In this document: positions 18,864-28,510 of the stretch, piece after piece
How positions within the stretch are numbered: the first letter of the stretch is position 1
Layout: each line of letters opens with the position of its first letter
Assembly (NCBI GenBank): GCA_016932815.1
Contig: JAFGCC010000017.1
Span: forward strand, 3,581 to 67,580
DNA from: Candidatus Micrarchaeota archaeon
GTDB lineage: Archaea; Micrarchaeota; Micrarchaeia; Anstonellales; Bilamarchaeaceae
Length of the DNA: 64,000 nucleotides
Direction: 5' to 3'
Position numbers and translations under genes: made by a program
The notes under the pieces: generated by a model
Database searches by the model: none
What the model saw: the letters and a program-made list of their open reading frames with translations, nothing else
Told to the model about the DNA's origin: nothing

Positions 18864-20105
18864 TCACCATACTTTTGAGTAGCGCTTCCCGACTTTTTCC
18901 TCAATGCGCAGCAACCGGTTGTATTTTGCGGTCCTCTCTCCTCTTGCGGGCGCTCCGGCTTTTATCTGGGTTGCCCCAATTCCCACGCAGAAATCCGCTA
19001 TAAACGAGTCCCCGGTTTCACCGGAGCGGTGGCTCACTACGACCTGCATTCCCGCATCCATCGCCATCTGCGCGGCTTTGCGTGCCTCGGTTACGGTTCC
19101 CACCTGGTTGACCTTGAGGAGGAGTGCATTAACCGCCTTCATTTCCACGGCTTTCTCCACTCTTGCGGGGTTGGTGACCAGCAAGTCGTCTCCCACCACC
19201 TGTATTTTTCCCCCGTATCTGGAGGTGAATTCCGCGAACCCTTCAAAGTCCTCCTCAAAGAGCGGGTCTTCTATGCTAAGAATCTTGTATTTTTCCAGAA
19301 GCCCCCCATAATAATCGACTAGTTCCCCCCTCTCAAGGTAGTTCCCGTCCATGAAATATTTCTCGTCTTTCTCCCTGTAGAATGAAGATGCCGCAGCGTC
19401 CATCCCGATTCCCATCTCTTTTGAATACCCGCATTCCCCAATGGATTCGGAAATCGCATCAAGCGCTTCGGAACTTAAGCTCATGTGCGGGGCGAATCCC
19501 CCCTCGTCCCCCACGTTCCGGGAACCCTTGCCGTACTTGCGCGTAAGCCTTCCTTTTAATTCCGCATAAACCTCGCACGATGCGCGCAGGCCTTCTGAGA
19601 AGCATTCAAAGCCAAAGGGGATAATCATGAATTCCTGTATGGAGAGCCCGTTTCCCGCATGCTGGCCCCCGTTTATTATGTTGAGCATGGGAACGGGAAG
19701 CCTGTCGCCCCCCAGGAATTCAAAGAGCTCCATCTTCCGTGAATCCGCAGCCGCCTTGAGGTTCGCCATGGAAACGCCCACAATCGCATTCCCCCCAAGC
19801 TTCTCCTTGTTCTTAGTCCCATCCAATTCAATCATCTTCGCATCCACGTCTTCCTGCGGGCTTGCTTCCATCCCGTATAGCGCGGGCCCAATCGTTTTGT
19901 TTATGTTTTCAACCGCTTTCAGTACGCCCTTGCCCTTGAACCTTTCTCCCCCATCGCGGAGCTCTATGGCCTCGTGCATTCCCCTTGATGCCCCAGAAGG
20001 GCTCGAAGCCCTCCCGAAGCCGCTCTCGGTTGCAACTTCCACCTCAACTGTGGGGTTGCCCCGCGAATCAATGACCTCCCTTGCGAATACGGATTTTATT
20101 TTCAT
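18864..20105 (-). CDS. eno: Enolase
   Basis: DSRGNPTVEV, PSGAS, GDEGGFAP, VGDDL, LLKVNQ, SHRSGET, KYNRLLRIEE. Confidence 0.97.
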   Translation of the reverse strand: MKIKSVFAREVIDSRGNPTVEVEVATESGFGRASSPSGASRGMHEAIELRDGGERFKGKGVLKAVENINKTIGPALYGMEASPQEDVDAKMIELDGTKNKEKLGGNAIVGVSMANLKAAADSRKMELFEFLGGDRLPVPMLNIINGGQHAGNGLSIQEFMIIPFGFECFSEGLRASCEVYAELKGRLTRKYGKGSRNVGDEGGFAPHMSLSSEALDAISESIGECGYSKEMGIGMDAAASSFYREKDEKYFMDGNYLERGELVDYYGGLLEKYKILSIEDPLFEEDFEGFAEFTSRYGGKIQVVGDDLLVTNPARVEKAVEMKAVNALLLKVNQVGTVTEARKAAQMAMDAGMQVVVSHRSGETGDSFIADFCVGIGATQIKAGAPARGERTAKYNRLLRIEEKVGKRYSKVW

Positions 20106-20203
20106 GCTTCTTCAATTGGAAGGAAAAAATTATAACGCCCATCTCTCACAGCCGCGACCATTGAAATACACGTTTAAATATCCTTGCCCACCCGTTAAAC
20201 AGC

Positions 20204-21322
20204 ATGCAGCAAAAAGCGGAACTTCTGCGCAAGCCCAAAAAGGCATCTCCCCCTAAAGCGGGGTTTAATCCCGCAAGAAGGAGATTCCTCAAGGCAGCGG
20301 CAATTGCCGCAGCAGGGCTTGCCTCTGCTGCGGGTGGAGGCTGCACCTCGCTGCCGATAATCGGGGATGCGATTAGGCGCTCAAAGACGGAAAGGATATT
20401 CTTGAGGGACCTAGGCCGCCCCCGGATGCAGGAACCTCAGCAACTCCCGGACATAACAGAAGATTGCGAGCTGCTCAGGCAAAATTACAACATGCTAACT
20501 CCAAAGGAGGCATTCCAAATAGAAAGATGGCACGAGGAATGGGTGTCCCTCACAACCTTTTTGCGCCCCCTTCCTTCCCCTCCCCGGAACGGCTTGGATG
20601 ATTTGCAGCGCATCGTATTTCCCATCTGGAGGGATGAGGCAAGGGGAAGCGGCACGCTTATCACCCCAAGGCACGTTCTCACCGCAGAGCATGTGGTTGA
20701 TGAGGGGTTTTTTGACACAATTATCCAAGTTAGCCGCCATCCGGACACCGAGCAGGGGCATGGTGAATGCGCGATTAATACTGCAAGATGGCCGGAGATG
20801 GATTTGGCGCTGCTTACGCTGCCCCCAAACTCATTTAGGATGGATAGCAGGAGGGCGCTTGCGAGGTTGCATCCTGGTGGCTCCGAACCCGGCAGCCCGG
20901 TGTATGCCCTTGGGTACCCGGGCAGGGAGCGCAAGCTCCATGGGTATGACACGTCCCTGACTAGGGTGGATTGCACAACCCTCTCATATATTGAGGAAAC
21001 TTCAACACTACTCTTGGATACTATCGGGGAACGGGTATTTCTGGAAGAAAAAGCAATCTTTCGCAAATATCGCATAAGAGGCTTCATGGCCCAGAATGGC
21101 CTAAGCGGCGGCCCGGTTGCTTCCCCAGACGGAAGGATACTTGGAGTATGCACCAATAGCAATAGGGTGGAGGTAGCTGGCTCCGAACCTGATGAGCTGC
21201 TAATTGCATCCGGAACAAGTGCAATCCGCGCATTGGTTGTGGATTACCTGATAGAAAATGTTGCAGTGCCAATCATCGAGACTGCGCAGGCAATCCGGGA
21301 TAGGCTCTCCAAAACAGGATAA
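20204..21322 (+). CDS. Trypsin-like (S1) serine protease with twin-arginine, lipoprotein-like leader
   Basis: RRRFLK plus hydrophobic stretch plus GGGC; catalytic triad LTAEHV, DLALL, GLSGGP. Confidence 0.85.
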   Translation: MQQKAELLRKPKKASPPKAGFNPARRRFLKAAAIAAAGLASAAGGGCTSLPIIGDAIRRSKTERIFLRDLGRPRMQEPQQLPDITEDCELLRQNYNMLTPKEAFQIERWHEEWVSLTTFLRPLPSPPRNGLDDLQRIVFPIWRDEARGSGTLITPRHVLTAEHVVDEGFFDTIIQVSRHPDTEQGHGECAINTARWPEMDLALLTLPPNSFRMDSRRALARLHPGGSEPGSPVYALGYPGRERKLHGYDTSLTRVDCTTLSYIEETSTLLLDTIGERVFLEEKAIFRKYRIRGFMAQNGLSGGPVASPDGRILGVCTNSNRVEVAGSEPDELLIASGTSAIRALVVDYLIENVAVPIIETAQAIRDRLSKTG

Positions 21323-21367
21323 TCCGGGATGTTCGGCAAGACCAAACGCTTGGGCAGCAGCCGGTTT

Positions 21368-22468
21368 CTAGCTGCGGGCACCCCAATTCCCAATTAGTTC
21401 CGCATAAACCCTCCCGCAGTTTAGGAGGCTGGACTTTTCCACGTATTCATCCGCAGAATGGTAGTTGCGCCCAATTGGTCCGTAGCTTGCAACGGGAAAC
21501 AGCTGCCCGAAAACGTTATCATCCGCAACCGATTTCCCCACGCAATAGGATGAAGTTCCCACTACTAATTCAACAGCCTGCTTCAATGCCCCAACCCCCG
21601 CATTCTCCGGAGGAGTATAGTGGGGCATATTGTAGGGAAGCCCGCGGTCAAAGATGGAAACGCTGCAATCCCGGTAGCGCGAGCGCAGGAAGGATTCAAG
21701 CCCACCTCTCATGCTCTCCGCGTTCTCCCCGGAAACAAGGTGCGCGTCAATTTGGAACCACGCATTCTCAGGAAGCGAAAGAGAGGTGTTCGCACCCGAA
21801 ATCTCGCGCACGAACATAGAGCCATCCCCCAGGGGCGTGCCCCTTTTAAGCGGGAATTCCCTCAACGCGAGAACAAGCTCGGACGCTTTTTCTATTGCGC
21901 TAATTCCCTGCTCCACGTGCGCACCGTGCGAGGAAATTCCGCGCACGTCCACGCGATATACCGCCCTGCCCCTTCTTCCAAGCATTATGCTTCCCTCTTG
22001 CTCCCCATGCTCAATTGGCTCAGCGGAAACCATGAACCTTATCCCCCCGAATAATTCCGGGCGGGATGAAAGAAGGTATGCCCCCGCAGAATCATTCTCC
22101 TCATCGGATGTGAGCACAACGCACACGGGTTCAGCAGTAGCTTCGATTGCGGAGAGGAATGCCGCAATCCCGCCTTTCATGTCCGATGCCCCAAGCCCGT
22201 AGAGCTTCCCATCCCTTTCGGTTAGTTCGTGCGGGTTGGAAGACCACTCCCCGTATGCGGGAACGGTATCCAGGTGCCCGAAGAATGCAAGCGAAGGGTT
22301 CTCCCCCCTGCGAGCCACTATATTCGGCCTTCCGCCCTCAAGCTCCACAACCGAAACCTCAAAGCCCAGCCTCCTCAAATGCCCTATGCAGTATTCACCC
22401 ATCGCAGATTCATTTGGGAATTCCGAAGGGATTGCGACCATGTTCCCCAGGTGTTCAATAGCATCCAT
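21368..22468 (-). CDS. M20 metallo-deacylase (ArgE/DapE-like)
   Basis: GHLDTV, GASDMKGG, DEE, HSADE. ATG 22468 has AGGTGA upstream. Confidence 0.88.
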   Translation of the reverse strand: MDAIEHLGNMVAIPSEFPNESAMGEYCIGHLRRLGFEVSVVELEGGRPNIVARRGENPSLAFFGHLDTVPAYGEWSSNPHELTERDGKLYGLGASDMKGGIAAFLSAIEATAEPVCVVLTSDEENDSAGAYLLSSRPELFGGIRFMVSAEPIEHGEQEGSIMLGRRGRAVYRVDVRGISSHGAHVEQGISAIEKASELVLALREFPLKRGTPLGDGSMFVREISGANTSLSLPENAWFQIDAHLVSGENAESMRGGLESFLRSRYRDCSVSIFDRGLPYNMPHYTPPENAGVGALKQAVELVVGTSSYCVGKSVADDNVFGQLFPVASYGPIGRNYHSADEYVEKSSLLNCGRVYAELIGNWGARS

Positions 22469-22475
22469 GTGCAAA

Positions 22476-23525
22476 TCACCTAAACTGCACGACATTCAGG
22501 TTTTCAAAATCTCCCTGCTCAGCAGACATCCGCTCGGATTCTAGCACGCAGTGCTTGTTTAAGCATCCCGCAATCTCCCCTCCCGCCTGTAAAAACGTGC
22601 GCGTGGGAGCCGGGTGCGCCGCACGCGCTTCCGCATACGCAATAACCCCAAGCCTTCCCAAATCCGCATCCACGTTTTCCAAGAATATGCGCGCCATTAT
22701 GCTGCATAGGTTCTTGCCCCGGTGCTCCGGGCTGGTTGCGGCTTCGCTCAATTCTATTAGGTGCACGGTTCCCGCACCTTCAACCTCTATTGCAACGTGC
22801 TCTGCTGCAAGTGCCGAAACCACCTTCCCGCTGGAACTGGACGTTGCAACCAGCACGGGCGTGCTCTCCACCATGCGTGCCACGTTCTCCTCATTTAGGC
22901 TGATTAAATACTGTGTAAATACCGAGTATAGCTCTACTAACGAAGGAACGTCCCCCATCTGTGCGCTGCGTATTGCGTAATCCCCGTTTTCCACAGGCGC
23001 ATGAAGCCCGGTTTCCGCAATCCTCCGCAAGCCCTGCTCGTGCAGGAGCACATCCTTTGGGCTAATGCGAGAAGGCTCGTTCATCGCAAGGTAGACCATC
23101 ATCATTTCGCCCGCTTCGCAGGCAAATGGGAGCACCCCCTCAACCACGTTCACATACCCATTGGCCGTTCCGCTGAAATTGCGGATAAAGGATGCAAGCT
23201 CCCTTCCTTCGCCGGATTGCTCAAGGCTCCCAAATGATGGGAGGAAAAATCGCAAGGTTGCCCTGTCCGCGCCGTTCTCCCTTGCCATCTCGCGCGCACT
23301 ATCTAATATGCCGACTAGTTCCCGCGTGCGGGTAATGAGCCTTGGGATTATCCCCTTAACCCTGCCATTGGCAGAATCCAGCCGGATTCCCGCCGCCCCT
23401 ATTGAAGGGGAGGAATTGCCTTCATGCTGCCTCCGAAATACCGCGGCGCGCCTCTGTGCGCTTGCAGGATTGCCCTCCCCGCGAATTCCAGTATTAATAT
23501 GCCTGAGGTTTCTCATTTGAATCAA
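22476..23525 (-). CDS. GNAT acetyltransferase resembling beta-lysine N-acetyltransferase AblB/YodP
   Basis: ELSEAATSPEHRGKNL, AYAEARA, G.IAGCLNKH and FENLNV follow my recollection of the AblB pattern (EMTDFAT..RGKGL, YTIARA, GTLVNN, LESMNVW). Confidence 0.65.
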   Translation of the reverse strand: MIQMRNLRHINTGIRGEGNPASAQRRAAVFRRQHEGNSSPSIGAAGIRLDSANGRVKGIIPRLITRTRELVGILDSAREMARENGADRATLRFFLPSFGSLEQSGEGRELASFIRNFSGTANGYVNVVEGVLPFACEAGEMMMVYLAMNEPSRISPKDVLLHEQGLRRIAETGLHAPVENGDYAIRSAQMGDVPSLVELYSVFTQYLISLNEENVARMVESTPVLVATSSSSGKVVSALAAEHVAIEVEGAGTVHLIELSEAATSPEHRGKNLCSIMARIFLENVDADLGRLGVIAYAEARAAHPAPTRTFLQAGGEIAGCLNKHCVLESERMSAEQGDFENLNVVQFR

Positions 23526-23591
23526 CGTATGGTTTAAAATCCTAATCGTATTATAAATAAACTAACAAAATCTAACAAAAACACGCAAGAG

Positions 23592-24245
23592 ATGTTAAAT
23601 ATGAGTATTTCCAAGACGGTAGAGGAGCTCGTAAACGAGCAGCCGCTGCTCCTATGGAGCATAGAAGCGGGAATAGCCAACTATTCGGCTGCCGCAGAAT
23701 ACCTCAAGCCTTCTGTGGAGAGGCGCACCGGGAAGAAGGTAAGCACCGAGAGCATCCTGATGGGCCTGCGCAGGATAAATCTAGTGCACGCAAGGGATGC
23801 GGGAGTGGAACTGCGCGAAATCCTCCAAAAATGCAAGTACAGCATAGAAAACAATTTCACGGACCTCGTGCTCGATTATGCCCTAGAAGACATCCCCCGG
23901 TTATCCGGGCTCCTAGAAGGCTTGGAGAGCGGGGAGAACGTTTCCATCATAACCGGGTTCAAGTACGCATCCGTGGTTACCGATTCCCCGGAGCTAATAA
24001 AACGCATTGAGGCTTCCGGAATACGGGTTGTGGGGAAAACCCAGGAGCTTGCAATATTCCGGATAAAGCTCCCAAGGGGCGCCCTGAAAGCTCCGGGCGT
24101 AATCTCGCTTTTTACTTCCGAATTCGCAAAGAAGGGCGTCAACATAATAGAGCTCGAATCCTCCTACCTTGAAATCGGCTACGTAATAAGCGAGAAGGAA
24201 ATAGGAAAAGCCCTTGAAGCCTTCAATTCGCTAAGGATTCGGTAA
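23592..24245 (+). CDS. ACT-domain protein with N-terminal helix-turn-helix-like region (putative amino-acid-responsive regulator)
   Basis: NYSAAAEYLKP N-terminal motif; C-terminal PGVI..FAKKGVNIIELESSYLE ACT pattern. Confidence 0.75.
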   Translation: MLNMSISKTVEELVNEQPLLLWSIEAGIANYSAAAEYLKPSVERRTGKKVSTESILMGLRRINLVHARDAGVELREILQKCKYSIENNFTDLVLDYALEDIPRLSGLLEGLESGENVSIITGFKYASVVTDSPELIKRIEASGIRVVGKTQELAIFRIKLPRGALKAPGVISLFTSEFAKKGVNIIELESSYLEIGYVISEKEIGKALEAFNSLRIR

Positions 24246-24338
24246 TTCCCCCTCAAAAGCGTCCAGTTCCCTAAGGGGGCAGGGAGAATGGCCGCAGTGC
24301 CCCCCTATTTTATCCTTTTAGGTTCCCCAACCTAACCA

Positions 24339-25517
24339 ATGAAGGCAGAGATTTCATCGGAAATCCAGCTTGCGCACCTATTGCACAATATGGGCATCCC
24401 AGCCGAAGCCGTATTGGTACTGCTGGATGGGAATCTGGTTCCCGAAACCGCAATTGCGAAAAAGGGGCAGGAAGCCGAAATCCTTTTCTACAAGCACGTC
24501 CCCCCGCTCCTTAGCCCGCAGGAGCCCTCCGGCCACTGGAAGAATGCGAAGCCATCTGTGCATTGCACGCACAAATCCCAATCCCCTTCCAAAACGGGAG
24601 GCAAAAAAGGCGCATCCCCCGCCTGCCCATCCGTTCCAGTAATCTACCTTCCATACGCAAAGGAGCATTTATGCAAAAAGCATTTCTGCGGACTATTCGA
24701 AAAAAGGGTAAAGCGCACAATCCGCAACTACTCCATGCTCAATGCGGGCGAAAAAGTGGGAATAGCGCTTTCGGGAGGAAAGGATTCGTTTGCCCTCCTC
24801 CACGCATTAAACGCGGTGCGAAAATCCCTCCCGTTTGAACTAACCGCACTCACAATAGACGAGGGAATCCCAGGCTACCGCGATGCGGCAATAGAGAACG
24901 CATCCAGAAGGTGCAGGGAGCTGGATATTGAGCAGCACGTTTTCTCGTTCAAGGAAGAATACGGGACCACGATTTCGGAAATAGGGAAAAAGGGAAAGGA
25001 AAACCTCTGCTCCTACTGCGGGGTTTTGCGCAGGAAAATCCTCAACATAAAAGCAAGGGAACTAGGAATAGGCAAGATTGCAACCGGCCACAATTTAGAC
25101 GATGTTGCGCAGACTGCCTTCCTAAACCTAATCCGCAACGAGCCCTTGCGCTTTGCAAGGTTCAACGAGCCAATCTCAAGCAGCGACAAGTTCGTGCAGA
25201 GGATTCGCCCCCTGCGCGAAATCCGCGAAAAGGAGGTTGCAGCATACGCCCTCCTCAACGGCCACAGCTACAATTCCGGCTGCTGCTGCCCGAATGCGAG
25301 AAACGCGCTCCGCTGGTCTGTGCGCCACAGCCTCAATTCGTTGGAGGATTCGTATCCGGGCACAAAGAGCAAGGTCGCTTCCAGCTTCAATTCCCTCCAG
25401 AAAATAGTGAGGGATTCTCTAAGGGGGAAAAGCGGGGAGCTGCTATTTTGCAAAGAATGCGGCGAGCCATCCTCAACTGAATTGTGCATGGCGTGCAGGA
25501 TGCTAGGCGGGCTCTAG
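24339..25517 (+). CDS. tRNA 2-thiolation protein (TtuA/Ncs6/CTU1 family) with N-terminal ubiquitin-like/ThiS domain
   Basis: SGGKDS PP-loop, CSYC, GHNLDD, CPNA, C-terminal CKEC..CMAC; N-terminus LLHNMGIPAEAVLVLLDGNLVP is ThiS/MoaD-like. Confidence 0.85.
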   Translation: MKAEISSEIQLAHLLHNMGIPAEAVLVLLDGNLVPETAIAKKGQEAEILFYKHVPPLLSPQEPSGHWKNAKPSVHCTHKSQSPSKTGGKKGASPACPSVPVIYLPYAKEHLCKKHFCGLFEKRVKRTIRNYSMLNAGEKVGIALSGGKDSFALLHALNAVRKSLPFELTALTIDEGIPGYRDAAIENASRRCRELDIEQHVFSFKEEYGTTISEIGKKGKENLCSYCGVLRRKILNIKARELGIGKIATGHNLDDVAQTAFLNLIRNEPLRFARFNEPISSSDKFVQRIRPLREIREKEVAAYALLNGHSYNSGCCCPNARNALRWSVRHSLNSLEDSYPGTKSKVASSFNSLQKIVRDSLRGKSGELLFCKECGEPSSTELCMACRMLGGL

Positions 25518-25524
25518 CCCAGCA

Positions 25525-26775
25525 TCATTTGCCCTCAACCGCGCGGGTGCACACTTCCAGGTACCTGCTTATTACCCTGGGCCAGCTTAATTCATCCCTT
25601 ATCCTCTGGCGGACGTGCTCCGGTACGGATTCTTTATCCCTTATCGCCCGCTCCGCGCGTTCCGCAATCGCATAAGGGTCGCCGAACCCGTTAACGTATT
25701 CTCCAATCCCAAAATCAAGGAAAACCTCGCTAACTCCCATAGACGGGCTTATTAGCGCAGGGGTTCCGGAACTTACCGCTTCAAGCGGCACGTTCCCAAA
25801 AGTCTCAAAATGCGATGGGCTTATGACAATGCTGGCAGAGCGGTAGAACTCCGCCAATTCCGGCGTGCCCAATGGTTCTATAATGGCCCCGCCCCGCCCC
25901 CTAAGCTCCCTTATTAGCCCGTCTGCGGGGTCGTCAATCCGCGTTACCATGTGGATGCGGTGCCGGCTTCCCCGCTCTTTTAGGGCATCGGCCAGCTTAA
26001 GGAGGAAGTCCGGGTTCTTTACCGGGGTGTTCCTGCCCACAAACGCTATGGGCACGGTTTTCTCCGAAGGGCCCTTTGCAGCAAGGAATTCCGCAGGCAC
26101 TCCATTGTATATCACTTCGCTATCGGGGATTTCCCTCCCGAAAATGGACCGTGCAGTATCCCGGGCGAGTTTTGAGGGGAAGATATAGGATATCCCAGGG
26201 TCGTAGAAATCCTGTTCCATGAGCCTGAGGACAGACTGGATTTTTTCCGGGAGGTGCTTTATCTCCATGCTCAGGACGCCCGCATAGCTGAGCACTGTGG
26301 GCTTATTGTGCATTCGCGCCGCCTGGAGCAATGCCCAGGGAACAAAATAGGTTCCCCCCAGCATGACAACATCCGCATCTTTAACTATCTTTGCCATCTC
26401 CATTACCATGGGCTCAAAGCGGGATTTCACTTCATCTAGGCTTTCTACTTCCATGTAAATGTCATTGGGATTCCGCGTCTTGAGGGTTTCTAGGAGGGGC
26501 AAGGTATGCCTGGTCATCCTGCCATCTATGGACATTCCCCTTGCACTAGGGTGCGTATCAATTATGGTAAGGCGTTTTTCCCAGGAGAGGCACCTGGCCA
26601 TCTCCCTGGTCTGCCGGAGTATGCCCCCAACAAACTTGCCCCTGCCGGCTCTTTTTGCAAACTGGTTGGCTGAAGGATTAGTGTTTCCGACTATGTGCAG
26701 TTTCTTTGCCATGGGGCTGGCCATGTTTAACCAACTATCCTTTCTCACAGGCAGGGCATGCTTTAGTGCGGGCAT
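25525..26775 (-). CDS. GT4 glycosyltransferase
   Basis: IYNGV, FVGRNTPVKN, PSHFETFGNVPLEAVSSGTP; start uncertain. Confidence 0.85.
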   Translation of the reverse strand: MPALKHALPVRKDSWLNMASPMAKKLHIVGNTNPSANQFAKRAGRGKFVGGILRQTREMARCLSWEKRLTIIDTHPSARGMSIDGRMTRHTLPLLETLKTRNPNDIYMEVESLDEVKSRFEPMVMEMAKIVKDADVVMLGGTYFVPWALLQAARMHNKPTVLSYAGVLSMEIKHLPEKIQSVLRLMEQDFYDPGISYIFPSKLARDTARSIFGREIPDSEVIYNGVPAEFLAAKGPSEKTVPIAFVGRNTPVKNPDFLLKLADALKERGSRHRIHMVTRIDDPADGLIRELRGRGGAIIEPLGTPELAEFYRSASIVISPSHFETFGNVPLEAVSSGTPALISPSMGVSEVFLDFGIGEYVNGFGDPYAIAERAERAIRDKESVPEHVRQRIRDELSWPRVISRYLEVCTRAVEGK

Positions 26776-26924
26776 GGCCCGGGCCGTATTTGTTTTAATT
26801 GCAGAGGGTATTTAACCGTGAGGTGCCTCCCGCATGGCATCTCCCGGCAGGCAGGCGCGCTAAAAACCCTCCTTTGCGCAGGCTCCCAGATAGCATTAAT
26901 TACGTTTCCCGCCCATTTCCCCCC

Positions 26925-28508
26925 ATGGATTCCGTAGCCTACCCAAAGCTCGATTTTGCATGGAAGCAAACGTGCAAAGTGCTTTTCGGAGAAGAGCTTG
27001 GGGAACTAAGGGACTATGAAAAATGGCTCCTTTCCAACGTGGCATCGCCCAGGGAGGAACAATCCTCGCTCTCAGGCAGGAACGTGTATCTGGGAACGCA
27101 TGACTACTGCAAGGGCAGGTTCATCGGGTTGGGGGAAGCGGATTTCAACAAGAAATACGGGCCTCTCTCCATAAACGAAATCAAGGACATAGATTCAATC
27201 GTTTCCGCAATAAGCGAGCGCGCATTTTATGCAGGCAACATAGTGCTCGGAAACTCCAAGTTCATAGAAGGATGCGCAAACGTATTCGAGTGCCATTACG
27301 TATATGGCTCCAACAACGTAGACCACGCAAAAAACGTTGCGTATTCCTCGAATGTGAAGGAAGCCGAAAACCTGTTTGGGTGCAACACAATCGGGGAAAC
27401 GAAATTCGGGATAAAAAACTACGAAACATATAAGATAACCCGCTCGTTCGAACTCTGGAAATCATCCAACACAAGCGGCGCGTATTTCGTTTTCGGCCTG
27501 GATGGATGCTCGGACTGCATGTTCTCTTTCAATCTGCAGAACGCCTCCTACTGCATAGGCAACCTGCACCTTGGAAAGGAAAAATACGATTCCATAAAGA
27601 AAAAGCTTCTCTCCGAAATATCAGGAGAATTGAAAAAGAAGAAAACCTTCCCCTCGTTCCTGGATTTGGCAAAAGAGAGCATCCAGGATTCGGATTCACC
27701 AATCCCCGCATTCTCCCTTCCCCCCGCAAGGGAAGAGGAGACCGACAAGGAGGCAATAGAGGACGCATTCCGGAAAACAACGAAAATAGTGCTGGGCCGC
27801 GAACTCTCCAACATGGATTCGTATGCGGATTATTTCCTTTTGCACACCTGGAAAATGGACAAGGAGAACTCCTGCGTTTCCGGCAGGAAGCTATGGGTTA
27901 CGCACTATGCATCATTGGAGAGCGTTCCCAGAAACCGCCTCCTAAAGTGGGATGAGTCTTTTGAAATCGGCAGGAGGGTAAAGCTCGAAGAGGGCGAACT
28001 GGATTCCGTTTCCTCAATAGGGAAAAACCTCCACAAAATCGCCTTTTTCTGCCCGGAGCTGGAAGCGGGCGAGAACAAGAACAACATAGACACGCCCGTG
28101 CATGGAAAAAGCGTGAATTCGTACCGCAGCTCGCTTACCGGGCTTGGGAAGAACTACGTTTTCTCTTCATGGGCAAGAAGGTGCAACAACGTAATCGGGT
28201 GCACCCTCCCCTACCTCTCCGATTTCGCAATCAACACCTACTACTCCTCGCGCATCACGCGCGGGTTTGAGGTGGATGGCTCCAGAGACTGCATGGACCT
28301 CTACTTTTCGCACAACTGCGAAGCATTGCAGGAGGGGATGTTCTGCTTCAACGTGAAAAACCTTAGGAGGGCAATAGGGAACGCACAGTATTCTCAGAAT
28401 GAATACAAGAAGTTCAAGGGCGCAATCCTGGAGCAGGCCGCAGATGAACTAGAGAGAACCAAATCCCTAAAATGGGATATCTACAATATTGGATGCGCGG
28501 GAAAATAG
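26925..28508 (+). CDS. Internally duplicated Cys/Ser/Asn-rich (beta-helix-like) hypothetical protein
   Basis: Halves start WKQTCKVLFGEEL / FRKTTKIVLGREL and end CMFSFNLQNASYCIGN / GMFCFNVKNLRRAIGN; start moved to MDSVAY. Confidence 0.7.
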   Translation: MDSVAYPKLDFAWKQTCKVLFGEELGELRDYEKWLLSNVASPREEQSSLSGRNVYLGTHDYCKGRFIGLGEADFNKKYGPLSINEIKDIDSIVSAISERAFYAGNIVLGNSKFIEGCANVFECHYVYGSNNVDHAKNVAYSSNVKEAENLFGCNTIGETKFGIKNYETYKITRSFELWKSSNTSGAYFVFGLDGCSDCMFSFNLQNASYCIGNLHLGKEKYDSIKKKLLSEISGELKKKKTFPSFLDLAKESIQDSDSPIPAFSLPPAREEETDKEAIEDAFRKTTKIVLGRELSNMDSYADYFLLHTWKMDKENSCVSGRKLWVTHYASLESVPRNRLLKWDESFEIGRRVKLEEGELDSVSSIGKNLHKIAFFCPELEAGENKNNIDTPVHGKSVNSYRSSLTGLGKNYVFSSWARRCNNVIGCTLPYLSDFAINTYYSSRITRGFEVDGSRDCMDLYFSHNCEALQEGMFCFNVKNLRRAIGNAQYSQNEYKKFKGAILEQAADELERTKSLKWDIYNIGCAGK

Positions 28509-28510
28509 AT

